DNA of 63,409 bases, the filler included, from Reticulomyxa filosa (taxonomy: Eukaryota; Protista; Foraminifera): assembly GCA_000512085.1 (NCBI GenBank). It is 19 parts of 19 records of this genome, joined end to end, with 100 filler letters (N's around TTAATTAATTAA, not from the genome) between each part and the next. Parts side by side here need not be neighbours in the genome. Positions count along the whole stretch, not along the records: positions 9,201 to 17,402 come from ASPP01006090.1; positions 17,503 to 19,056 come from ASPP01027366.1; positions 19,157 to 21,384 come from ASPP01006062.1; positions 21,485 to 22,484 come from ASPP01028516.1; positions 22,585 to 29,471 come from ASPP01021372.1; 14 more parts are not named here. One strand, given 5' to 3'. The translations under genes and the position numbers were made by a program. The stretch's first letter is position 1, and each line of letters starts with the position of its first letter. Positions 12,563-24,149 of this stretch are shown piece by piece. The notes below the pieces were generated by a model that was not told where the DNA came from, made no database searches, and was given only the letters and a program-made list of their open reading frames with translations.

Positions 12563-13177
12563 TCAATCAACATTTTGATCTTCCACCAATTTAGGATCTG
12601 GCATAGGAAAATCAATCTCTTTTTCATTTTCTTGTGTTTTTTTCTCTGTTGTATTGACATCGACATTTTTTTTCTCTGTTGTATGTTCCTCTTCATTTTC
12701 CAAGTCAATCGTATTTCTCACATCAAGAGATATGCTGTTGGGTGGAAGTATATTTTCCAAATTGTCTTCCGCATATTTATTTGCAGCTTTTGCTTTTTCC
12801 ATTTCTTCCAAATATCTTTTTTTTGCCAGCTTTTGTTTTCGCTTTTCTTCTCTTTCCCATCTTTTTTGACGGTTATAGGCATCAATCACATTTTGATATC
12901 GGGATTGTGTCATTCCAAAAAATTCGGCAAATACCTCTCCCAAAAAATCAACGACGAACAGCGCTTTCTCGCCGACAGTCTTCATTTGTCCATAATATGT
13001 AGTGTCAACATTGTCTTGTTTGTTTTCAATCTCATGTTTGTTTTCCTCTTCCATATCTATTTTGTTTTCAATTTCAACGTTTTTGACTTCTTTTTCTTTG
13101 TTATGGTTGTTGGAATCTTGTGCTTCGTTGGCTTGTGTTGTTCCAGCCTTGCTCAATGCTGGCTCTGAAGTTTCCAT
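12563..13177 (-). CDS. FAM177-family protein (single exon)
   Basis: ALFVVDFLGEVFAEFFGMTQSRYQNVIDAYNRQKRWEREE matches the FAM177 core (CDFLGEKIASVLGISTPKYQYAIDEYYR). Confidence 0.7.
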   Translation of the reverse strand: METSEPALSKAGTTQANEAQDSNNHNKEKEVKNVEIENKIDMEEENKHEIENKQDNVDTTYYGQMKTVGEKALFVVDFLGEVFAEFFGMTQSRYQNVIDAYNRQKRWEREEKRKQKLAKKRYLEEMEKAKAANKYAEDNLENILPPNSISLDVRNTIDLENEEEHTTEKKNVDVNTTEKKTQENEKEIDFPMPDPKLVEDQNVD

Positions 13178-13862
13178 CTATTTGAAATTACTTTATTGAG
13201 GATAAAATTTTCCTTCCAAAAAAATTTTAATGCCTTTTTACTTATATTACTGAATTTTTTTTACGACCTGCCCTTTAGCAATTCAAACACAAACCGCTGT
13301 TAAAAAGTACTTCAATGGCGTCAACGAAAAAACAATAGACTCATCTTTTTTAAGAAAAGTTGTCGAAGTTAACATTTTTGATCAAAGACAACGCAGACTT
13401 TGACCATAAACATAATTTAGCTTTTTAAAATAAATTATTGTATTGTTTCAATTTATCTCTTGAATAAGATAATGATTAAGTGTCACAATATGAAATATTT
13501 ATTTTGATTTGAAGAGTTAAACAAAAAATCCAAAAAATAAACACTATATCTGTTGAAGGACGGTTGTTTACAGTTGTAATGCGTTTTATTATTTGTGCTG
13601 TTTGATTAAATGAGCTGCTTATTCTGGAACAAACCAAGTCTTTGGTGTCTTCAAAACCTTCAAAAAACCTAATTCTACATCTTCTTTGTGCAATGCAGGA
13701 AGCAATTCAATTTTTTGATGAATATGAGGTTAATACTGAGCAAACTGGTGATGAATTGTTCGAATCTCTGCTCCGTCAATTGGCAGAGTTAAAAATATAG
13801 TGTCGTAAGAAGGGAAAGCAAAAAAAAAATGAAAACATTGGAGGGGGCACTAATGCAAATAG

Positions 13863-15798
13863 ACCATCAAATCCACGCAGTTATCACGACAAAAAGCAAA
13901 ACACAACATACACGGTAACGGCAAGATTAGGAAATGGTCGATACGGAGTAGTGGAGAAAGTGAAGGATTTGAATGAAAACACCTTTGCCGTGAAAAGTCA
14001 AGAAGTTTTTCAGTTTTGTGGAGATAATTATCTTGATTATTTTGCTTGATGAAAATCAACGAAGGCAAAACAAACAAACAAACAAAAGAAACCAAGTCCC
14101 AGAACAAATACAAAAAGAAGTGAACCTACTTCATCAATTGAACCACTCCAATATCATCCAGTTATAAAGAAAAAGGATTGAAATAAGGGGGGGGGGGAAA
14201 AAAGTCTATTTTGTTTTGAACTTGTGCCCGTTTTAAAAAAGGGGGATTAAACAAAAAAAAAAAAAAATCTTTTCCAACTTATAAACCTAGCCTCCACAGC
14301 ACGTTTATATATAACGAGGAGTTTATAATGGTATTGCCATATTTCGACAGTGATTTGGGTAAATTCCTGGAAGACTTTGCTCCTTTGTCTTTGTCTGTCA
14401 TTCAAGTTTTGTAGTGTGACATCACAAAACTCGTTAAAATAATTGTTTCCTCTCCTTTCCGATACCCCCCTTTTTTTTTTTAAAAAAAAAAAAAAATGAT
14501 ATGTGTATATGTTTATGCATATGTATTTTATTTTTTTTTTTTGTTCGAAATATCTTTGTATCCTCAAGGGGGGGGGGGGGTGGGGGGGTGGAAAAAAAAG
14601 TTGAACTTAATGACGATGGGGGGTGTGGTGGGACATTAGAGCATTAGCTATCAAGTGCTGAAAGGCCTTAGTTATTTGCACGAAGAAATGCACGTGATCC
14701 ATCGCGACATTAAACCAAATAACATACTTGTTCAGTTCGGTTCCAACGACACCCCTCTTCATGTGGTCATCACCGATTTTGGATCTGCCAAGTCATTGAA
14801 AACGCAGCACACGCGTTCGGAATCACAAAAATCCGAACCTAACGCAACTTGTTGTCCCTCATCGCACGCCCCACCCTCACCCATGAGCATCTCTGTCAGT
14901 CACAAACACTGTCCGGAATGGGATATCGAAAATTATCATCCCAACAAAGGCCTTGGCGTCGATGTGGAGAACACTGGTCTTTTTTTGTTTTTTTTTTGTT
15001 TTTAATTTCAACGTAAAACTTAATTCATTCGATTCTCCTTGTGAATTGCTTTCAAACAGAAGAAAAAATAAATCATCAAAATGACAACGATAATGATAAT
15101 GATAATGACAATGACAATGAATCTGAAAATGAAAAATGTTCACAAAACATAAAAGAAGAAGAGGAAGAGGAGGAAATACAAGAAAAATGGACTCCACAAG
15201 TTGTAGTACGGCAATATCGAAGCCCAGAATTGTTGCTTGGACACCCCACTTATGATTATAGCATAGACATATGGGCATTTGGGTGTGTGTTGGCGCAACT
15301 GAGTTTTGACCAACCTTCCCAGTTCTTATTCGATGGAAATGCTGATATTAATGTCTTTTCGAATATTGTTGAGTTGTGTAGTCATTAACTGTTCTAATCA
15401 TTGTTATTGTTTTTTTTTTTTTTTCTCTTTCCTTTTGCTTTTTATCCATGTAATCTTCATTGCTTGTCCGAACAATGGATAGAACGCTTGGTGGTGATAT
15501 AAACTCGTTGTCAGGAATTGGCGTATTTAATGAAATGTTTGACATCAAAAATTGTCTCAGACGGCCAGCAAATGAATTTGTTCCTAATTTGGATAAACAT
15601 GGACAGGACTTAATTGAAGTTTTGCAATATCTACACTTGTCACTCTTCTTTATATGTATTGTGTATCTGGGTTTATAACAGAAATTATTGACATATCATC
15701 CCTCTCGCCGTATCACTGCTAAGCAAGCACTTCAACACACATTTTTTAAAGATCACACAACTTTCTTGCAAGTTTGCCATCCAACTAACAAAAAATAA
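13863..15798 (+). CDS. CMGC/CDK-like Ser/Thr kinase (about 7 exons, first exon uncertain)
   Basis: [13 protein letters not shown]; [15 protein letters not shown]; LPYFDSDL; [10 protein letters not shown]; DFGSAK; [14 protein letters not shown]; DIWAFGCVL; [14 protein letters not shown]. Confidence 0.88.
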
Positions 15799-16444
15799 TC
15801 TGTACGGATAAGTGATAGTTGTTTAATTCTTTTTTTTCCGTCTGCTTCTGATTGGTTTTTGATGCATTTAAAATAAAATTTTATTTACGATATTTTATTC
15901 TCTATCAAAATTGCGAGAACGAGTCTTCAATGAATACGGTTTTCAAGCAACAACGCATAAGTTGCAAGAAAGTCACGAAAAGACGTCTCTTTGAAAATAC
16001 TTACTTTGTATACATAAAAACTCAAATTATGATACTGTATTTATCTATCAGTATTGTTGTATTCGTTGTGCACAAAATTACAGTTTTTTTTCACGTTCTA
16101 GTGTAACGTATGATTTGATTTGCTATAAAACATATTAATATCATTTTGGAGCTACATTTTAATCACCAATAATGTTTATAAAAAAAAAGAAGAAGCTTTA
16201 AATATAAAAACTCGTTCAGAAATTCATTCAATTTCATTGAATTCAATAATTTTTCTTTTTTTTTTCCTATAGCTTTTAACGATGTTTGTGGCCTTTTTTT
16301 TTTTTTTGTGTGCAATACGTGGTCATGAATAACACAATAAAGCTTAAACGAGTTTTTAGCAATTCTTTTAAAAAGGAGAATGAAATACTGAGAGCATGCC
16401 AAGCCAAGAACGATAAACAGGAGGAAAGCATAGTACATATAAAA

Positions 16445-17362
16445 TTAAACTTTGGAGTGAAGGGATTCAGGGTAGTGAATAAGAGCAGAAGGCCATTTGG
16501 TTCGAATTATGCCAGTTAAATCTTCGACAAAATCCGGAGACACAATTTCGGCATTCATACCATCAAAAACACAGATCTTGGTCAGAGACGGTTTATCTTT
16601 TTCAGTATGTTGCAAGCCATTAAAATGATAGAGGATAAAATTTTTGGAGACATTGGTATTGGAGGTGGAATTGAGAAAATTGAGCGAGCAGAGAACATTG
16701 ACTTGGGAATCATCAAAGAGGATAGCATTGTTTTTTTCCTTGACAGTGGAACATACCCCACAAGTGGTATGTTTCAAAGGATTGAGAAAAGTGCAGATAT
16801 TGCATTGCCATTGGATTTTGTCAGGCTGTTTGAGCAATTGAAAAAAGTGCCAGAATCGAGACCATACAATGATCTGTGTGTTATCTGGATCCAACACTGC
16901 TTTGCAATCGGAGATTTCAAAGGATGATTTATCAATCTTCAAATCCTGTAACAGAAAAGGCAAATCGCGGAATTGAATAAATCCATGTTCCAATTGGTCA
17001 TACGCCGTAAATGCACGTTTCACAGACACCATTTCTGTGTCTTGAGCAGACAATTTCCCGACCTGTTCGTCCAAAGCAAACAGGACGCTATAATGCGTGC
17101 TACTACCAATCACCCAAATCGGAAACTTTGGAGTCTTGTAATGCTCACCCACTTTCATATATCCCATGGTTTCCAAACTCGTCAAAAAGCCAATGTCTTG
17201 ATTCGGACCAATTCCTTTCAGCACATACAAGTCTTGCGCATTGCCAAGGTCCGATTGCGACATGTACTCATGACCCCAAGTACTTTGTCACCATCATGAG
17301 TGTTGCTAACCGCCCTTCCTGACAGCATCAAATTCACCAACTCTTGCGAACAGTGACCAAAC
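16445..17362 (-). CDS. MINDY3/4-family deubiquitinase (FAM188), last exon, with EF-hand and NZF zinc finger
   Basis: GHCSQELVNLMLSGRAVSN.HDGD; IGFLTSLE..KVGEHYKTPKFPIWVIGSSTHYSVLF; LYHFNGL; IIRTKWP. Confidence 0.85.
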
Positions 17363-17363
17363 C

Positions 17364-17402
<39 letters not shown>

Positions 17403-17503
17403 NNNNNNNNNNNNNNNNNNNNNNNNNNNNNNNNNNNNNNNNNNNNTTAATTAATTAANNNNNNNNNNNNNNNNNNNNNNNNNNNNNNNNNNNNNNNNNN
17501 NNG

Positions 17504-18330
17504 TACATTTTATTAATTGAATATCAGACAACATAACGAGCCAAAAACTCAATTCTTTCCATAATAATTTACTATCACTTGGAGATTCATATGTTTAATT
17601 ACTCAGTTCTAGTGATATCGTTAAGATACTAAAAGACAAAGCAGCTAAATGCAGAAAGAACGACCCAAGAAAACAAACAGCGGAAAGGCCCTCAAACACA
17701 AAATATGTATTGTTTTGTGTTTCGAACATTCGAAACATCAAATACTTGCCAAACAGGCTTGTATGAATTAATGTTAGTCCGTGGGACTTCAATGACTGAA
17801 TAGTATTAATTGACATTGCAATTTGATTGTTTTTTATTCATTAGTTTTGAATTGAAGATGTTCATTTAACAACTTTCATAATTCAATACTTTTTTTTTTT
17901 TCGAGAGAAGTCGTTGTATTATTGAAATTCCAAAAGAAACAAAAAGAATGGAAAAAACATCGTAACCAAGCAATTATTATTATTCAGTATATTTTTTATA
18001 ATAAATGATATGCAATGTAAATCCGAATATTGTTGTAAAACTAAATTTTCTTGTAACAGTAAAAAAATAAAAAAGTATTTACTATGTTTCATTTGCATAT
18101 CATAAAAACAAAAGCGAATGTACAATGATTGATATTGCAAAAAACCATAAATTGCACTACCTTAAAAAAAAAATACACGAGTTTACCCAAGCACATTCAC
18201 GATAAATTGAAAACATGCTTTGCTTCATAATTTTATTAAACATATGAATCTCCAAGTGATAGTAAATTATTATGGAAAGAATTGAGTTTTTGGCTCGTTA
18301 TGTTGTCTGATATTCAATTAATAAAATGTA
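17504..18330. repeat. Perfect 96-bp inverted repeat (17504-17599 / 18235-18330) around a ~635-bp spacer
   Basis: tacattttattaattgaatatcagacaac...ggagattcatatgtttaat reappears as its exact reverse complement. Confidence 0.92.
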
Positions 18331-19156
18331 TAAATGGAATCGTTTCATGGACTAATTTCCAAAAAGTGATGTTTTTATTTGAAAAATGTACATATCATTG
18401 GTGAAGGTTTTTGTTTTATATCCTATTACTCTGTTGCAATTACACAAATCTTTTTTAGCAATTTTTTAAAAATAGACACAAGAAAGTGAAATGATATTGG
18501 AAAGGTGCTGTTTCACTTTTGATAGATTTGAATAACTAAAGCATTGTCTGTACTCAACTTCAACGTACTATGTCAAAGGCATACAGGACTATTGAAAAAT
18601 CTTCAAAGCAGTGGAAACGGCAAGGAGGCGAAGAATGCTTTCTTTCATCCTGCTTTGAATTAAAAATGATCAAAATTCGACTGAACGTCTCGTTTCCCAA
18701 AAACTTATTAATTTTACAACGAATCTCTGTAAATTTTTTCTAAAAACAGATAAAAAAAGGGTATGTAGAGTTTTTTAAAAACTGTAGGTTTTTTTTTGTA
18801 ATTCTAACTGAACAAAGAACGTTATAAAACTTGTGTTTGATAGATATGCCGATCTTTGATTCTATCATGGGAAAAACAATAATAAAGGTTTTTATAAAGA
18901 GTTTTTTATGATATCCTTTTTTTAAACTATTAATGAATATTTACGCAAATAATTATGAAAAAAAATTTCTCTTGACAAATTCGATCTACTTTCCAATATG
19001 ATGCAGAATAGTTTTTTTAAGTGGTTACAAACAATATTTTTTCGTAATATATTTGGNNNNNNNNNNNNNNNNNNNNNNNNNNNNNNNNNNNNNNNNNNNN
19101 TTAATTAATTAANNNNNNNNNNNNNNNNNNNNNNNNNNNNNNNNNNNNNNNNNNNN

Positions 19157-19197
<41 letters not shown>

Positions 19198-19217
19198 GCA
19201 AAGCGATAATAACAATA

Positions 19218-21384
19218 ATGACAGCGATGGAAGAGGAGAAATCCAAAAGTAATCTGTCAATCAACGAATGGTCAGATGCATTTGTGACAGAGGCGTATAT
19301 ACTAGCGTCGCAATCAGTGAAGGACGCCGATCTAAAGAGCTTCCATCGCATGGCCGCGATGAGTTACAGCCGTAGTGGCCTGGTGCTCCACGCGTTGGAA
19401 GCGATGGAACAACTAAAAGAGGAGAAGATGGACTGCGGACTACGACACTTGCAGAATTTGCTGACGTGGCGTTTCTTGAGCGTGCGTGCCATTGAAATGG
19501 AATGTGGCAACCACGTGGACCCACGTCAAACACGTGACGACATTGCTTGCGTGACAAGGCCATATCGTCGTCGTTGTCATCGACATTTGGACGTTGTGCA
19601 GTTGATAAGACGTTTGTCCGGAGAAAGTCATTTGCGATATTTCGATTTGTATTTTTGCACCATTCCAAATCACAATGAAAAACTTTCTGCTATTGCCATT
19701 GCTAGTGTTGATACTGTTGTGAGCATGCAGCTTTTGACTGTGTTGGCTCGCGAAGTATCGCATCTGTCGCATATCCTTACGCATCGCTGGATGCGCTTTT
19801 CCGTGTGCAAGGCGCTAAACACGCTGGAGTACGTATATCAATGGCACGATATCATCCACATGCTGAAACTGACCGGCGACAATGCGCTCGTTGTCTCGTC
19901 TGCACTCGCCGCGGTCGTCCACGCCAAATTGTTTATTCAGGCTTTTGGCTTGAATCGCTACGACTGGATTGAACGTCAATGTGATAGCTTGATGCTGACC
20001 ACGGATATTACTCAGCTGATTCCTTGGCTAGAGTCTCTCTACGAGACGCCGGAGCAGATCGCTACCGAACATGCGATTTTGCGTGAAGTGGATAAACGTG
20101 ATGCCGTTGTTCATCGAAACTATGAAGGCAAAAAAAAAGAAGTACAAGACAAACATTGGCTAAACAATCGACTGAGCACCAACAATGTCGTAATATCGCG
20201 ATTGGCGCAGCAATCGTTTCGTTTTTTGCTCTTTGATCACTGGTTCCGTCAATGGACAAAGTTGGTATCGAGCATCGACAACCACCACGACCACTTGGCG
20301 ATGACGACATTTGCATGTATCCGGCAATTGCGCGCACAGCTGTCGAGTTGGCAATACCATTTATGTGTCCATTTGCAATACACGTTCCAGCAAAGCCTGG
20401 TGTTCATACTGGCGACGCCGTCCAATCGAGTGCACTTCACACTGCAGCAGCAGCTGTTGAACGGGCCGACCATCCACGAGGAGCGCTTTGCTCGCCTCCG
20501 CGAAATGGTTCGGATGAGCGATGCTTTGCAGGCCTTGGCCGATCAATTGAAGGCCTTTGTCCTTCGAGGCGGAGGAGGAAAAAGAGATGATGGTGATACT
20601 AATATTGATGCTTATGCTTATGCTAATGCTAATGCTAATGCTAATGCTAATGCTAATGTGAATGCGAATGATGACGATGCTAATAAAAGAAAAGATATTC
20701 CTATTTCGTACAAACGTAATGGAAATGGAAGTGGAATTGGAAGTGGGAGTCAATGGCATAAACCTCATGAAGTGTTTAAGCTGAGCCGCGACTTGACCTT
20801 GCGCGTGTGTGTCAATCCGTGTTCCAGCCACCAGCATCTGAGCTTGATTGCCGTCGCAAGTGCCTTTGGCTTGCGCGAAGTCAATGTGGACCACTCCTTG
20901 CGCTTTCGCGTGCGCTCCGCCGATCGGACGACGCTGCTGGACGAGGAAATGCAAGGCTTCCTTCCGTGCTTGTATCGCTTTGAGCATTTGCAACATTACA
21001 TTGAAGCGACACAAGAAACAGAGTCTGTTTCAAAGTCTGGCCACGACTACTCCCCCTTCTCCTCTTCCTCTTCCTCCCAAACTCGTTTGCTGAACGCATG
21101 CGAGTTGTTCGACAACGGAGTCTATCGATCGGCAATTAGCTCCACACCTATCCAACTCGTGCGTAAGCCGTCCTATGTCGTCTTGCCCGTGCTTGCTCGC
21201 GATATGTTACAACCCACCAAACCGACGCTGTCCAAAAAATACTCGTCCTTTCTTCTCCCTCCATCTTCTTCTTCACTCCATTCCAGTTCGGCTCCAAACT
21301 CCACTCTCAACTCCAACTCCAACTCCAACTCCAACTCCAACTCCATCTCCATCTCCGTATTCACTCCGGATCTTTCTCCTACTC
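19218..21384 (+). CDS. Large internal exon, probably DmX-like / Rabconnectin-3 alpha (Rav1) protein
   Basis: Open frame of more than 720 codons. AAMSYSRSGLVLHALE resembles DMXL ANAHFKVGCPVLALE; LRVCVNP..LIAVASAFGLREVNV resembles the start of the DMXL C-terminal propeller. Confidence 0.5.
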
Positions 21385-21627
21385 NNNNNNNNNNNNNNNN
21401 NNNNNNNNNNNNNNNNNNNNNNNNNNNNTTAATTAATTAANNNNNNNNNNNNNNNNNNNNNNNNNNNNNNNNNNNNNNNNNNNNCTGGTTGCTGCGTGTT
21501 ATGATAGAATTTTTGAAAGTGACGGTTTGGGTTGTGCGTGTGTGTGAAAAAAGTTTAATTGTGATTTGTTTGCCACTGTTTTTTCTGTGATCCATATAAT
21601 TTTTTAAAAAACAAAACAAAAAAGGTT

Positions 21628-21870
21628 GTGGATAAAGGAGATGATAATAAAAAATTGAGTGCATCAGAACAAATCAATGCATTGGATCCACAAACAGCAG
21701 CAGATTGTCGTGCACAAAAATTGATACTTGGTTCATCAAAAGTTTCAACACTTGTCTATGTATTGGATAAAAAAGAAGTTGAAAAAGAACATATTTATCA
21801 CCGATTCCGAGTACTACATTGCCAGTTTCGCTTGATCGCAAAAAAGTACCTTCTCACTATTTCCATGTGA
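21628..21870 (+). pseudogene. Short isolated coding-like fragment of unknown family
   Basis: An 80-codon protein-like ORF in an otherwise non-coding contig. Confidence 0.25.
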
Positions 21871-23118
21871 GCACTGACAACTTAGTTGTCTCTACATTTG
21901 CAAATGAATGGAAATAAAAGATATAAACTATAAAAACAAATGATTAAAAATTTTTTGAGCAAAGGGTTTTATCGCAACTTAATATAGAGGAAATCATCAT
22001 CAATCGTTTTTGGTTGCACAAGTGAATCATAAAGTCGAGTTTGAAAAGATAGAGCTATCAATCATACCCTTTTATTGTTCTCGAAAAATTCAACACTTTA
22101 TATGATTGTATACAGTTTTATCGGGGCAAAATGTGGCAATGTGCTACAAATACCTTTGATATCATATACTTGTTTAACTTTTTCTCTCAGCGTTTGTATT
22201 GGATTATTTTTTGCTTTGTTTGTCTTTCAATTAATAGTTTTTATAAATATTGTTTTGAATAACGTTTTTTCAATGTTGACCATTTTACCAAAAAAAATTA
22301 ACCCTGATGTTAAGGCGTTAACAAAATTGGTAGTACCCTTTTGCAAGTGAAACAGATGAACAATACGGCAATTCTTCGTGCAATTTTACATAAAATTTCA
22401 TCTTATTTCTTTTATATTTGACAAAGGAATATAATTTCCAACTTTAACAATTGAAAAAAAAGTTTTCAAAAACAACAAAAAAAANNNNNNNNNNNNNNNN
22501 NNNNNNNNNNNNNNNNNNNNNNNNNNNNTTAATTAATTAANNNNNNNNNNNNNNNNNNNNNNNNNNNNNNNNNNNNNNNNNNNNCTGCAATATAATTGCA
22601 AACCTTTTCTTTAAAACTGAAAAAAAAAAGTCCATTGTTGCAAATGACTATTTCAATAAAACCAATACTTGCATCAAAGTTCTATTTCCATTCACAAGAG
22701 AACTTTTCCTCTGGAAGAGAAAAATCATTAATCAAGAAAAATAAGGATTCATTCCAAAAAAACAATTATAATTTTAATTATCTGTGGTTAATCTATTTTT
22801 GGAATCACAATTTTACAACCACAAATGAAATATTATCCAAAAATTTTAGCAATTCTTTGTTTCAAGTTGTTTTGTCAAATATTCCAATTGCAAATTTGCA
22901 TCTTTTTTAATAAACATCTATGAATTGCACATTTACGTTTTACTGAAAAAAAGGGTTTTTTTCTTTTTTTTTGGTTGTCTCCAGTACCAACTCGCAATTA
23001 GGGTGATATACGCCCTCTCCAAACTGGTACGTCTTTTTTACTTTTTTTATAACTTTTCAACTTAAAAAAATGGTTTTGTTTTTTTGAACAGCTGCCCACT
23101 TTAAAAAAAAAAAAATGG

Positions 23119-23470
23119 TTTTTAATGGATGCTGTGCATCCCTCAGCAAAAGAAAAAATAATTTAATCTGGGGTAAGGCCCTCCGTCTCCGCAAGGAGAG
23201 AAAAAGGTTTGTTATACATGTATACATATTTCTTTTTGACAAATTAACTTTGTGTTTTTTTCAATAGCAGCCGAAGCCCGTCTGTAAAAAAAAAAGGTTT
23301 TGTAATGGATGCATTGCATCCTTCAGCAAAGAAAAAATATATATTGAATATGGGGTAAGGCCCCCCGTCTCCGCAAGGAGTAACAAAGGTTTGGTATTTA
23401 TTTATATATATATTTTTTTAACATAATTAACTTTGTTTGTTTTTCATTAACAGCCTCAACCCGTCTGTCC
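23119..23470 (+). repeat. Two diverged ~178-bp tandem units, possibly decayed exon/intron repeats of the downstream gene
   Basis: taatggatgc..gcatcc.tcagcaaa..ggggtaaggccc.ccgtctccgcaaggag..cccgtctgt occurs at about 23123 and 23303. Confidence 0.7.
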
Positions 23471-24149
23471 AAAAAAAATAAAAAATGTTTACATCCCCAT
23501 CCCCACTCCACACAAAGAAAAACTTCGGGATTGAAGCCACCCTGCATTGAAAAAAAAATAAAAGGGTTTGTATTTTCATGTTTTTATTTTTTATTTTTTT
23601 TATCAAATGTTTGTGTATTTGTTATAGGCATGCCTCTATCAACAAAAAATTTTATGTGTCCCTCCCCGTTACAAAAGAAAAAAATATATATTTAGATTGG
23701 AATTGGGGCTTTAAGCCCAAGGTCAAAGTATGTTTTTGTTTTTTTTCTTTAAAAAATGAAAAAATTGTTTAATTTGTGAATGTGTTTATAGGATTGCAAG
23801 AGTCAAGAGAATTGTAAAGTTTTTTTTTATGTTATTTTTTTTATTTTATTTTTGAGATGAGAGGGAAGGGAAAATTTGGGGGAAAAAAGAAAAAGGGGAT
23901 GGGAAAAAAAGGGATGGAAAAAAATGAAGGGAAAAAAGGGATGGGAAAAAATGAAGGGAAAAAAAAAAGGGTGGAAAAAAATTTTATTTAAGAAAAAAAA
24001 ATGAAAAATAAGAATATAAAAGAAGAAAAAAATTAAAAAAATATTTGAAATGAAAAGAAAAAAAAATTTTAAAAAATGACAATGGAAAAAAGAAAAAAAA
24101 GAAAAAAAAGAAAAAAAAAGTGGAGGAAGATGAGAAAAAGAAAAAAATG

